Positions 36,989-49,479 of a stretch of 64,000 nucleotides of DNA are shown piece after piece (position 1 is the first letter of the stretch; each line of letters begins with the position of its first letter). The DNA is taken from the NCBI GenBank assembly GCA_002633005.1, contig NMRA01000263.1, positions 1 through 64,000 of the forward strand. Reading direction: 5' to 3'. Source of the DNA: Phoronis australis (taxonomy: Eukaryota > Animalia > Phoronida). The translations under genes and the position numbers were made by a program. The notes below the pieces were generated by a model. That model worked only from the letters and a program-made list of their open reading frames with translations. It was not told the DNA's origin and searched no databases.

Positions 36989-38336
36989 GTAAGATTTGAT
37001 TTTAGTGCAATGGGATAGCAGGGTGTGGCAAAATTGTTATATACTATTTACAACGGCAAACTCTCCAGTAGCAATAGTAAAATATAGTGCGTTGTAAGGA
37101 TGTTTCGTTTCACACTGACCCCATACTATGCATACATACGTTTTTATGTCGCTCAGCCTCCTGGTATTCGGATAAAAATATTCTGGTGGTTGGGAGCTTT
37201 CTCAGTTGCATGACCGTAATGTTAGTTGAGGACAAGACAAATTGAATCAAACTATGGGAACTAGAATTCACTAGATGGTGCAAGTTGAAACAATTGTCCT
37301 TCTCACTGAATGATTTGATGGTAGTTGCATTGGGAACAGAACACAAGCTCCCTCATATGCTGATGAACAGGGGCGCCTTCCGTGAACACAACAAACTCAT
37401 GAAAACGAAATCACTTAAAAAGGACCATGGTGTTGGGATTTTGTCAAATAAATTACGCAAAACGCAAAGGCTGACGTGATACTTGGGCCTTCTGCAGACC
37501 CATCGCAACAGACACTATCTTTTAACTCAGCTGCTCATACTACCCTGCTTAAGAATTTTGCAAGTGTTTTACTGTTTTGTTATTGATGACAGTCTTCACT
37601 GAAACTGGTTTATTTCCAAAGCATTCTTTTCCAATGCTTTCGTAAGTGAAACACCGACCGACATGGTGCACTCGTGTTTCATCTTCCATCCAGCATTTCG
37701 GGTTACACGACTCTGTTCCTTGAGCTGCTGCTTTCTTATGTTTCTGTAGCTTCAGTGACCTGTTACCGTTGCAACTAGCTTGTTTATTTTCGAACCCTCA
37801 CCATATGCTTTGATGGAGCTTAATTCATGATCTATAACCACATTTTCATCTAGAATAAGACTTTTCATTTTTTTTTTAAATGTAGCATTTTTTATCGACC
37901 GATCAGGTAGCATGCACAGCGGTGGAAATGCATTTTAACACAGTTACACATGTCAACATAAGTTTGTTTTCCCTGATATGCTCACTGGCTTGGCAATTCC
38001 GATTCCTGCCTGGTCGACACAAAAAGACCGTCACACTACCTGTGTAGCGATAGGAAGAACTGATATTATCATAAGATGAGCTAAACGTTTTTCAATTCCA
38101 ATGACCCAGGACAAGCATGAGTAAGATAACATCGGTCTCGATTGATCATAGCAGTGCATATCCATTTCACGGTTATAAGTTTCACACCTCATGTTTTGCC
38201 TATGAGTTGCTTACATTGCATTAGTGTAGCCTTATTAGTTAATTATATAGCTTGCTCTCTAGAACAACTCCTGATAGTTAAGCCTTACTGGAAAGACTTA
38301 GTTACTTCCAACTCAACCATAGAGGGCCAAAATTAG

Positions 38337-38498
38337 CCTCCCGTTCAGTAACGCTAGGACCTCGCTAAAAAGCAAGACTTCGCGAGATTACGTGAGGTAT
38401 GGCCGTGTGTTTTAAATGAGAGCACGTGACTTTGACTGAGTTTTAGCTAGGTCCTAGCGTAGGTCCTAGCGTAGGTCCTAGCGTCTACTGAACGCACG
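38337..38498 (+). mobile_element. MITE family X copy 1
   Basis: CCTCCCGTTCAGTAACGCTAGGACCT...(TAGGTCCTAGCG)x3 TCTACTGAACGCACG; other copies at 42226, 47744 and 57522. Confidence 0.85.
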
Positions 38499-38649
38499 CT
38501 AGGTTTCATTTAATGACTTAACAGTACTAAATAGTTTGGATTTTTATCAGTGAATGCTAGACCGTTTTGGCTGGCCCGTTCAGTAGCAGTGTTAATAGTA
38601 CGTTGAGCCCAGCATCTCATCTACTCTTTATTACCCGCATCGGTGATCA

Positions 38650-39210
38650 GCAGGGCTTGATCATAAACAGACACTCTTTCTCTTTAATTTTATAAGAAGG
38701 ATATGGGGTACTTCTAGTTCTTACAGGGTATTTTTTATGGCATCACTCACTGATGATAGAGCTGCGTCTATAGTTTGAATGCCTAGAGAAGATAGACTTT
38801 GTCCATGCTATGACAAGGAGAAATTGAAAGTGAACTCCACTTTTACTTGTGCGTCCCCAGTACGCGGATCTTAGGATTAGTTTTAGGATTTCACATGTCT
38901 CTTTTTTAGAGTTGTTCGTATATTTTTCACAAAAATTATGTAGTCAAGAGATGAAGTGTTTGAAGAAATGTTGTGAAGTGCTTGTTTTTTTGCTGAAAAA
39001 CGTAGATCGTCGTAAATGTTGAATTGTGAGCAGACTGGCAATATAGCGTCCAATTGAAAACGTATTCACTGTATGTATGTATGAGGGGCCGCTAGCCTCT
39101 ATGTATTGACGAAATATACAATGTACCTTGGAGTCCCACTACTACTGCTACTGCTACTGCTACTGCTACTATTATCATTATCATTATCATTATCATCGTT
39201 ATTATTATGT
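38650..39210 (+). mobile_element. 3' end of an RTE-X-like LINE, followed by (TACTGC)n/(ATTATC)n microsatellite
   Basis: PREDRLCPC..EIESELHF..PQYADLR; hairpin GAGGGGCCGCTAGCCTC; simple repeats 39137-39208. Confidence 0.6.
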
Positions 39211-40094
39211 TACATCATGCTCACAGAGTTGCTGTAGCTCTTTGTGCCTCCATATTGAGATTCAAGTCATCTTTCTTAAAACAGTCAGATACTTTGGCTC
39301 TTAAACGTCGCCATTCTGACGTGGATTGCCTTTTCCTCTGACTGGTCATTGAAGATAGCCCAAGACGAAACAACTAACTAGATAATGAGTGTTTTTTCTC
39401 GTGCTTCTCAGAGACTTCAGCCAAGAGCACCTTAGCAGGGTTTTCTTTCAATCAAACCTTTGAACTAGCACTTTGTGGTGACACTTAGGTTTCTTTTCCT
39501 GAAAATGAACTCTCTCAGTTAGGTATTTCTTAATCATATGCAACAGCAAGCGCTCAGCAGCAACAGCTCAATATAGTTCGTTGTCAACAAGTTTCGTTTC
39601 TCACCGTCTTCTCACTACATATAATAGGCATTGTCTAAGTTTTGTTCCACTCGGCCTCAGCGTTCGCAACTATTTTTCTGGCGTTTGTGAACATTTTCGC
39701 ATCACGAATTATTGGCCTAGATGTAAGAGTAATTTTTTGCACTTCGCTGATATGTCACTTGGGGGAAACTAAATCAATATCATGGGAATTAGAAATTCAC
39801 TAGATGATGCTTATTGAAAACAGAATCTTACTCATGCACAGAACACGAACGCCATCAGTGCTACTGAACTGGGGCGGGTTTCGTGGACACGGAAACTCAC
39901 AAAACACAAGAACAGTTAAGTTTTCGTCAGATATTGTAAAGCAAAACACGGCATCCAATCAACTTGTCTCGCGAGTAACTTGTGCCTACTTTGCTTTCTG
40001 CCCTCAATCCATCCAGCTACTTATTAAAAATATTGAGCCTGAGCACCACCTAACGAATACCGAATCGCTCACTGAAGATCTCTCTATCCTTTAG

Positions 40095-40793
40095 GTGCTG
40101 GTTATGGAATACCTGAAAGGTGACAAATATTCAGTTGACGTGGTGATTTCCCGGGAAAAAATTGTTGGAGGCTTCGTTGTTAAGAGAGGTCCTGCCCCAC
40201 TTCCGGAGTTTTGGAACACTTCTATCATCATTCCTGGTGATGATTCAGATAAAATGAACGATGAATTGATTGAAGCTTCGTATCAATGCTGTCGAGCCGT
40301 CGGTCTTCGCCACGGGGTGTACAACGTCGAATTGATCCGCGTCAAAGGTGACGAGTGGCCAAGGTTAATCGAAATCAACCCACGTCCTGCAGGTAATATG
40401 CTGGTTACATTACACAAAGAAGCGTATGCAAATGATACTATGGTCATACATGCGAAACTCCGCTGTAGCGTTGAACTTTCTCTTTGTGAGATGAAGATTG
40501 AGCCCAAAACACACGTGACTGCATATTACTTCGACTTGGTCAGGCGCAAAGATAAGTTGAGAACAGCTTACGGTCATATGTTATCAAACGCAAAGGAATA
40601 CGATGTCAGAATGTTGAATACAGGACCGAAAACTATGACAGAAATGATGTACGATAACTCCAAGTACGTGCGCCCAATTCTAGTAGTGATGACGTCAGAT
40701 GAATCAAGATGTGAGGCGATCAATAAATTGAGTCGATTTCTCGTTGATTCAAAGTACTTCGGTAGCATGGAAGAAGCATTGCTGTACTTTTAA
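40095..40793 (+). CDS. CARNS1-like ATP-grasp ligase copy 3, last exon (232 aa)
   Basis: CCTTTAG|GTG; VLVMEYLKG.KYSVD, YQCCRAVGLRHGVYNVE, PRLIEINPRPAG. Confidence 0.92.
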   Translation: MLVMEYLKGDKYSVDVVISREKIVGGFVVKRGPAPLPEFWNTSIIIPGDDSDKMNDELIEASYQCCRAVGLRHGVYNVELIRVKGDEWPRLIEINPRPAGNMLVTLHKEAYANDTMVIHAKLRCSVELSLCEMKIEPKTHVTAYYFDLVRRKDKLRTAYGHMLSNAKEYDVRMLNTGPKTMTEMMYDNSKYVRPILVVMTSDESRCEAINKLSRFLVDSKYFGSMEEALLYF

Positions 40794-41287
40794 ATGAACA
40801 ATTATTAAGCTAATTAATCTCGGTGTCAATTTTTTATCCTGGGACGAAAACCCAAGTTAGTCGTAATAACACGGGTGATATCAGCCTCAGCTGACGTCAA
40901 CCCTTCAGTAGTGCCGAATTCTCACTGATAGCAAATGTGCGCCGCATGCGTCTGCCGTGGCTATTACGTTGCTGGAGAGACTTGACACAATAAACGTTTG
41001 CTATGCGTAATTGAATGACACATAACACCTAGATCCCGACAGAGGCTGCGTAACTCAAAGTGGGTATTGAGGCAATGTTGTAATTGCGTCATGAAGCTGC
41101 ACGGGCCTGGTCTAATTAAAGTTTCTTTAATATCTAGTAAATATTAATTGCTGCTCTTTTTCTTTTCATTCGAAATTAATTGGCAGGTGATGGGAATAGT
41201 TGTATTTTTGTACATTCGGTAATGGCAATTAATATAAATGGTTAATGGATAGTTCAGTTGTGGCGTAGTACGTGGAGTGTTGACACT

Positions 41288-41704
41288 TCACGGATTTGAA
41301 CCATAATATGCATTTTGATTACCTTTGAAATTATAAACAAAACAGTAAATTTCAATCTCATTATACCTTGTTTAAGGGGGAGTAAGTCAGGGGGCCTTTA
41401 TTTTGGGGTAAAACCAGGCAAAGGACTCACCGAAATGGCCTATTTTCAATGCATTATAAGAAAATACTGATGCACAAGATAATCAATTGTTTGTATTTTT
41501 GTAATAAAGCAAGTCTTTGGCTTCATCAAGATGTTCAACAATTCTCATTAAATGCCGCTAAGATCAAAATTTCAGGTTTAAAGTACAGTGGGGTCAGAGA
41601 TTAACGAAGCATTGCGATTTCCCAACATTTTGAGCCCGTATATGTCAGTTGGCACAACACTGATCAACACCAGACACAAAACGTTTCTATCTTAGTGTTG
41701 TTGA
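41288..41704. repeat. ~420-bp diverged direct repeat (copy a)
   Basis: Matches 43131-43554 (CACGGATTTGAACCATA..TTAAGGGGGAG..GGCACAACACTGATCAACACCAGAC). Confidence 0.85.
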
Positions 41705-42225
41705 CACCGTAAAATCGTCTGGCGGTGAGAATTATTCTATAGGAATTACAACCTTCAGACAACCACCTCAGTTGAAATCACCTTCAATACCGATAAATGT
41801 ACTTTGGAACGCTATAAAACCAGTAAAGTACATAGATTTGATTCGAAAATTGTTTTATTAATGTTTAGTTTAGTTTCATTAAGTAAGGTGCATTGATTTA
41901 TTTAAATTATTTTTTCCATTTTCACCAAAATTCCGTGCTTTTCGTGAACACATTGTCCAACAACAGATTCTCTTCAGTGGTGGTAACATGGCTGACGATC
42001 CTGACTTGCAGTTTTAGGCCTAACTACTGTGATGAAGTGTGTGTGGTACCTCAAAAGAATATCCTCTGCTCATGTGTGAAGCTTATACTAACAATCAATT
42101 GATGCAGCATAAACTGAGTACTAAGTCATCACACCTATAAACTGAATGGCAATTGATTTTGGCGAGAGTCGGACAATTTATGACTGCGTGTCCACCGGAT
42201 CTGTCTGTGTGTCCAAGACACCGGG

Positions 42226-42375
42226 CGAGCGGTCAGTAGACGCTAGGACCTACGCTAGGACCTAGCTAAAACCTAGTAAAAGTCACGTGTTCTCGTTTAA
42301 AATACACGGCAATATAACGTGTAATCTCGCGAAGTCTTGCTTTTTAGCGAGGTCCTAGCGTTACTGAACGGGAGG
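42226..42375 (-). mobile_element. MITE family X copy 2
   Basis: Reverse complement of the 38337 and 47744 copies. Confidence 0.85.
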
Positions 42376-43130
42376 TGGGTTCGTCTTGGAATTAGCCTCA
42401 GTGGAAACCAAGTAGACTGTGCGAATATCCATGTCATTAGTAGTAGCTCGCGTGCCAACCTTGAAGTGGGGTTGCTGGTTGAAATGTCTAAAGTCGACTC
42501 ACTGCCACTGGAACAAAATAATGAATGTGTTCTTCCTGGTTGTATCTGGTTAGTACTGCTTTGTTTGAATTTGAAGTTACATGTATCACATGATGGTAGC
42601 ATTTTGGCGGTAATAGCCAGGGTTATAGATACCTGAATTGAGAACCGGTTAGTACCACTAGAAACAATGGGTAGTATTCTATGGAACAGTGTCAGGGTAT
42701 TACTCAGCATCCCGCGCGCCGAATTTGGTGGGCAACATTTGCCACGGTTTAGTGCGCCGATGGGTAACTACGGGCAAATTCTCAAAGAAGTTAGGCACTC
42801 TTTTGTTTCCCAACTTCACAGCCACTTCTGTCTGCCCCTCCCCTCCAGCACGGTGAGTGGACCCAAAATCCTATCTAATACCTTGTAGTGGAAGTAACAG
42901 GTTCTCCTTTCAGGAAATTTACAAACTGACTGATTATGCATGTATTATCAAAATGTAGCAACAGTACTTGTTCGGAAAAGTATAGAGACAATAAAACTTT
43001 TTATTGTGCCCACTGATGAATTTCAGTGAGCGTGCATCACTGTACTAAACTGATGGACAATCTTGAGTTCGTAAGAGTGAAGTACGGCTCACAGCAGGCA
43101 CAAATGCCCAGAGGGGTGATAAACGCAGTG

Positions 43131-43554
43131 TCACGGATTTGAACCATACAAGGCATTTTAGTTTCCTCAGGGGTGATAAACAAAACAGTAAAGTCCAATC
43201 TCATTTTACCTTGTTTAAGGGGGAGAAATCATGGAGTCTCTATTTTGGGGGTATACCATGCCATGGACTCACCGAAAATGCCTTATTTGCATTGCATAAT
43301 AAAAAATACCGGTACACAAGATCATTAATTGTTTGTAATTTTGAAATATGGCAAGTCTCCGGCTTCACAAAGATGTTAAATAATACTCATTAACTTTGCC
43401 ACTAAGTTCAAAATTTCAGGCATGAAGTATAGAGGGGTCAGAGGTTAACAAATCATTGCAATTTCGCCACACTTTGGGCCCGTATATCTCAACTGGCACA
43501 ACACTGATCAACACCAGACTTTTACACAAGACGTTTATATCTTCGTGATGTTGA
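43131..43554. repeat. ~420-bp diverged direct repeat (copy b)
   Basis: Matches 41288-41704. Confidence 0.85.
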
Positions 43555-43863
43555 TTTGCACAATACAATCTTCATCTTCGCCCGAACATTGTACAATCTG
43601 TTGGGTTCCCTGAGTGATTTAACCAGTTGTTATTGATGTGATATTGTAGAAACTGAGGTAAAGGCAAAATTCAATATAGGAACACTTGTTATGATTTTGT
43701 CGGTAAAATTTAGGATGTTAAGTCACTGTTCTGGTTGACACTTTGTTGTCCAATTTATTTAAAGATGCTGGTATTTCAGTTTTCATCTTTCAAATTCATA
43801 TTACTCTCAACCTCACTTAACTAAAACGCGAGGCCTTATCTGAGTGTTGACTTTTCTACAGGC

Positions 43864-44520
43864 TTAAGGAAAGGCGGTGACTTAACCAGACTGGCGAGTT
43901 TTAGGTAGTATATGTGATGACAAGTTAAGGGAGGGGGCCCTGAATTTTGAAAGGTTAAGTTTGGGATTCACATACTTGAACCGATTCAAAGAACACATTT
44001 AGATACCTCGTTTTTCCATGCTACTTTGCCCAACTTAACTCGATGACCAGTGTTAAGCCAGATTGCAGTCACATTAAATATCTTTTTTTACTTTAATTTG
44101 TTCCAACATTGTTTTTGCAATGTGACAAGTAATTAGCACGGTATCTGTTGATGAGTTAAGGGAGGTACGGATGTCACCTGGATTTTGAATGGATAACATC
44201 AGGAGTGTCATGCTTGAGCCGATTCACTGGCATTTAGTGCTTTTATCACATTTAGATATCTCGTGTTTTCCAAGTTACTTTGTATAAATTAACTGGGCGA
44301 TGAGTGTTTAACCAGATTCTAGCCGCATTAGATTTCACTTTAATTTACTTTGAAGTGGTCCAACATTGTATATACAGACTTAGGAGTTAGGTGTACAGTA
44401 GGGGATGAGGAGGTACATGTAAGCGAGATCACCTGTATTTTGAACAGTTAACACAGGAGTGTCATATTTGAGCCAGTCCATTAGCACTTAGTTCAGTTAC
44501 CACATTTAGATATCTCTGTT
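43864..44520. repeat. Three degenerate ~235-bp tandem units after a Kolobok-like terminus
   Basis: Recurring AGTTAAGGGAGG..ATTTTGAA..CACATTTAGATA at ~43920, ~44150 and ~44400. TTAAGGAAAGGCGGTGACTT at 43864 resembles the reverse complement of 5858-5879. Confidence 0.55.
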
Positions 44521-44745
44521 GTGATTTTGCCTAAGAAAAGTAGATAGTCTTGCTATTAAAGCGCCATGAAGATTTAGCAGTTAGATTCCAACGTGCATGA
44601 AGCTATATTTTAAACTCGAGACTGTTTCAAAGTTTATATGCTGTATATTGTTTGGAAAAACATGAGCTACAATACGATACTTGTGGTGTACTTATGGACT
44701 TTATACTGAAAGCAGCCTTTATCGTCCTCACTTCTTTCACGTGAC

Positions 44746-46459
44746 CTCTGTAGTGGATGAAAATCTGACCATGCTTCTAACAGGAGGCATTTATAACGGC
44801 TCATCACCTGGAACGGGATACCATTGCCCTCAGGAGGACTGGGAAGTAATTTGAATTCACTTCTTTAAACTTGTCACAACTAGTCACACACACTTACAGT
44901 GTATTCAACTATGTTCCTTTGTGCCTCCCACAGCGCATATGAAGTATCTTCTCACTGGTAGCTGGCTCCATGTAGTCAGCCCACACTGCTACTTGAAAGT
45001 CTCACATTTTTTCACATATGTCAGTCACAACAAGCTGCACACAGATATCAAAATGACAACACTAGCCAGCCATACCACTCCAAAAAGTGAAGTTATTGGG
45101 GCACTGGCCGCTATACAACGTCCACGGAAATCTGGTCACCAGTGGTTTTGCCTTTGCCTGTAATTGCCAATGAATCTTTCATCTTGACACTGTCCTCCGC
45201 TTTCAACGCCCTCCATCACATCCACTTGACGCTTCCTCAAAAATAACGTTTGTTCAGACACACTCCAGAGCTAAGTCTCAGTAAGCATAGTCTTTGTTAA
45301 CAGGACAATCACAAATAAAACCAAAAATAAATGATATTTTTCATACAACACTGTAAGATTTGGAAAGTCGCAAGAGGGGAGGAGGTAACCACGTTTTTTG
45401 AAGTAAAGTGTTATGACCATCATTTATCGGCCGTGTTTCGTTTTTTTAGCTGTGCGAATGAGATTATCGAGCTTTGTAAAACCGGTGAGATTTGAATTTC
45501 GACTCTCGCAAAAGGTGTCCTGCCAAAACTACCGCTGTTTGTCTAGTAAGTATCCTAATTCTATGACTACGAGCACTTTTCAGAAATAAAGTAGAGTACT
45601 CTTGGTGCCTAGAAAATACGAAATTCGACGAATGATCAATTGATTCATAGTTTGCGGGTCAACTAGTAGCAAATATTCATTTTTGTTGACGTTTGTCGGC
45701 ATTACTGATTGTGGTGAAATGGCGTAACCACCAGTCACTTTTGACCTCAACTGACATGAAATTCGTAAGGACCAGAGGCTTTTTGTCTTATTTTGTTGAT
45801 CTAAGATAGCTCAACACTACTAAAATGTTCTGAAATTTGTGCCAGCTGAGATATCGTAATACGAATTTAGCCAATTTTGACAGTTTCAAAAATCACTATA
45901 AGTACTCATCATATGCGGCCCTAAAAACAGACAAAAAATTATTGAAATCTTTTAAATTTGCATGAATAAAGTAGTTGAAGGTCACCCCTAATCAATAACA
46001 TAGGTTCCATATTTCAATGTTACTTTCTCTGCCTAACAGAAGTGTCGAAATTTTACTAAAACTCATCGGCCGCCAAGATCACAACTTGCCGGAAACAAAT
46101 ATTATTCATGGAAACAAGAAGGAGGCGTTTTGAAAAAAATAAAGGTAGCCTGAATTCAGTGGGGCCAGGGTCAACACACAGAGAAAATATATAGAGAAAC
46201 TGTGGCATAGCGTTTATCACCCTTTGCCTGGTCCTTTCGCGAACATGCTCCTAAGACCAAAAACTTGTCTTTACTTACGACCAAAGATAAAAAGTCAGAA
46301 GAGACGCACCGTTTCGTGAACACAAAGTCGAATTTTGGGTCTTCGGTCTGAAATTAGACATTATTTCTGTTCTGACATTGAAGAGCGTACAAACTACGCT
46401 TTCAAATTCACAAAACTAAACGAGGTGATGTGTAAGAGTAATATTAGTCTTGCAATTCT
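44746..46459. repeat. ~750-bp high-identity direct repeat (copy b) split by a ~980-bp insertion (45221-46198)
   Basis: Copy a reads CATCACA|ACTGTGGCATAG contiguously. Confidence 0.9.
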
Positions 46460-47259
46460 TGAAAGGGGATTTATTGACATTTTGTAAACAAATATGATTT
46501 TGTTTGCTTGAGAAGACCCTGGTATGACTGGAAAATGATATTTCACAAGTGCCGGTAAGTAACACTGAATTGGCCCTACTTCCTTTGCCGGTTTAGTGAT
46601 TCAAAAAAAACACAAGGTGATCTTCAATATGACATTGTTTAGAGAAATGAAATTTTGAAAATAACAACGGTTTAATCTTGGTGTAAATGTCCAACAGTCC
46701 AATCTTAAGCCTACTCTACAGCAAGCATAATTTCGGTTTTCGACTAGATTAGACCGATTTTGGTCTTAATATGCATAATACGTGGCTAAGACAATTTGTT
46801 CTTAATTTAGCCCGATTTCAGTCTTGGTTAAGACAGAAAACTTTTTATGAAACTGGCCCTGGGAAAAGAACCAAGCAAAAGGTAGAGAAGAAGTTTATCG
46901 ATTTAGAGGTTTTATAGGCTTTTTTATCGAACGACAGTGTTGGAAATATTACTTGAAGTTAAGCTATGTTATTTAAAGGTATTTTTGCTAATATGTATCT
47001 TTTGTGCTCAAATTTTGTACACTAGTTTATCTTTCAAGTACTCCCATACGAGAACTTCTCCAAACAAACCTCAAGTTGATTATTTTGCTCCAACGTATGC
47101 TACAAGGATGACTAATTAACCAAAACTTGCAGCGTTTGACAAACTGATTATTAAAAGAAAACGTAAAAAAATGGGTCTGAAAAGAATCTTTATCTATTAT
47201 TACGTATCTATGAAATGTTGAGCAAGATAAAATCAATATCGTTTCATGTGAACTTCTGG

Positions 47260-48162
47260 ACACACTATCACAAAAATGCTTCTAGTGTCCTGTGTTGCGT
47301 TCGTATATTTGGTTTCTTTCAGCGCTTCAACAATGCAGTTTGCAGCTACAAACTTTTTATTATTCGTCTATGAAGTGCTCTCGGAGTTAGCCCCGCCAGC
47401 CTCAGCTCTTGTCCTGATTTGGATTTTGGTGTTGTGGGTGATTCGCGCCAGTGAAATTATCATCCAGGTTTCTGTCGTTATCAGGTGTATTGCCATCTTC
47501 AAAATTGCGAGGCGTGATTTTCCTGCATAACCGCGAACACCGTTGTCTCCACTTTGCTACGCAGACTTTTTACTTCTCTACTTCAAGTTTCATTTTCTGT
47601 GTTCTGTATCCCGCATGTCTGAGAGCTTTAGACCTGCAGGATGTCCCTCTCTTTCTACCTGGAAAGCTTGGCTTTACGCAAAGCCTTTCATTTGATCTCG
47701 TTGATGCCCCAAGCCCTTCGTTTTCTTTTGAACTGGACACCTGCCTCCCGTTCAGTAACGCTAGGACCTCGCTAAAAAGCAAGATTTCGCGAGATTACGT
47801 GAGATATTGCCGTGTATTTTAAATGAGAACACGTGACTTTGACTAGGTTTTAGCTAGGTCGTAGCGTAGGTCCTAGCGTCTACTGAACGCACACCTGGTT
47901 TCTCTATGCGCCATTGTCAATAAGGTTCTTAGGTCTAGGACTTGAAACGACGTCGCCCGTGGCAGATACTTGCTACTTCTTTCTGTAGTATCTCCTGTGG
48001 TAAATTCTAGCCTTGGAGTTGTCTATTTTTGGATGTCGGATTTCTCGGAGGCGGCAACCTTGTATCCGTTTTGTCTTTCTCTTTCCTTTCTCAGGAAATC
48101 AGGATACTTCGTTTTTTACTTTCTCGATATGCTTTTTGAATCTCTGCTTATGTTTTACCCAT
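47260..48162 (-). mobile_element. Sola2-like transposase N-terminal remnant, interrupted by MITE X
   Basis: MGKT*AEIQKAYRE..KYPDFLRKERERQ basic N-terminus; family assignment from recalled motif only. Confidence 0.35.
47744..47893 (+). mobile_element. MITE family X copy 3
   Basis: Flanked by CCTG/CCTG. Confidence 0.85.
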
Positions 48163-49479
48163 AATGTCTGAAAGAGATAAGTCTCAATAAAATATCATGA
48201 TCGTATGAGGGGAAAAATGCCTATGCGCAGCACTGCTAGACAGACCTAGCTTCAGTCACCAAAATGCAAGTGTTCGCTTTCAGCCCGGGAAGCAAGTCAT
48301 CTTATTAGGGCAGGGGATGTGGTCGGACTCCAAACATGGGGCGAAATTTATACCAAGAGCAACAAATTCGACCCATGTTTGTACCAACAGCAAGAACTGA
48401 GACCCATATTTATACCTCAACTGAAAAAGCTTACCGTAGAAGGTGAAAAAAGCGACCACATTTATACCAAAAAAATGAAAAATGCGACCCATTTGGGGGC
48501 CACGTCCCCACCAACTTTATTATTACATTGAGTGCCCCAGAATTTCAGTTTTCAATGAAATAAAAAATGGATTTCCAGCAGAACTGTAAGATATCGTCAC
48601 TGTAAGCTTTAACTCGATTTGAATCGCCCTTGCCTAAGAAAAATACCTACCAGTCATCAGTTGGAGGATTTTTCATAGATACGTTATTTTGAATCACAGA
48701 AAACACATCAGTTACTAATTTTAGTTTGATGTGGAGCCGCTTCTCAATTTACTAATTTAAAAGCTATTTCGCGTGTAAATATACATTCCGTTTAAACATG
48801 CTTGATTTGAATCGTCACTACCTTGTTTGAAGGGGATTCATAGATAGGTTATTTAGCTTGACATAGATACATTACTACAGAAAGCCTGTTTCGGTTGGAC
48901 CTGTACAATTTTGTTTATTTTCACTAAACATAGGACTGTTTCTTAACGCTATGAAAGCTATATAATATCGCTTCGGAAAACACTGCCCATTCATTTTAAA
49001 TCTGACAATACGTTTACTTACCTCGTCAGATGTAACTGATCACGCTTTGAATCTCTCGGCTTTATCTTCAGGCTGTCGAATTTGGCGAAATCAGACAATT
49101 TTTGTCTGTTCGTCCAAAATAGAACACGACAGTATGTTAAGATGATGACATTTCTGTTGTACATCGCATAAACTAAGTAGCTAACGTATCTATCACATAA
49201 CGTATCACTGAAACCAAAAACAAAACTGATGCCCCACGACACAATTCTGAGGAAAGGAATGGCACGACCATTTGAATACACTTTTACAGTAATCCCAACA
49301 GCATTAAAAGCACTTACATTTCCAGGGTGAACCCCAGTTTCACTAAACGTAATACCGTATCTATGAAAACAATTGGGTGACAAGTTGAATTTCGTACTTC
49401 AGAGACACTGCAGCTCTTTCTGTTAATATCTAAGAAATTAATGATTTTCTTTCCTGAATACGCAATGTTTTGACAATAA

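Noticed and set aside
17494-40793. Bacterial contamination or a MysC/mycosporine cluster
   Set aside because: Spliceosomal introns, metazoan TEs and CARNS1-like motifs are present; no DDGS or O-methyltransferase genes were seen in the window.
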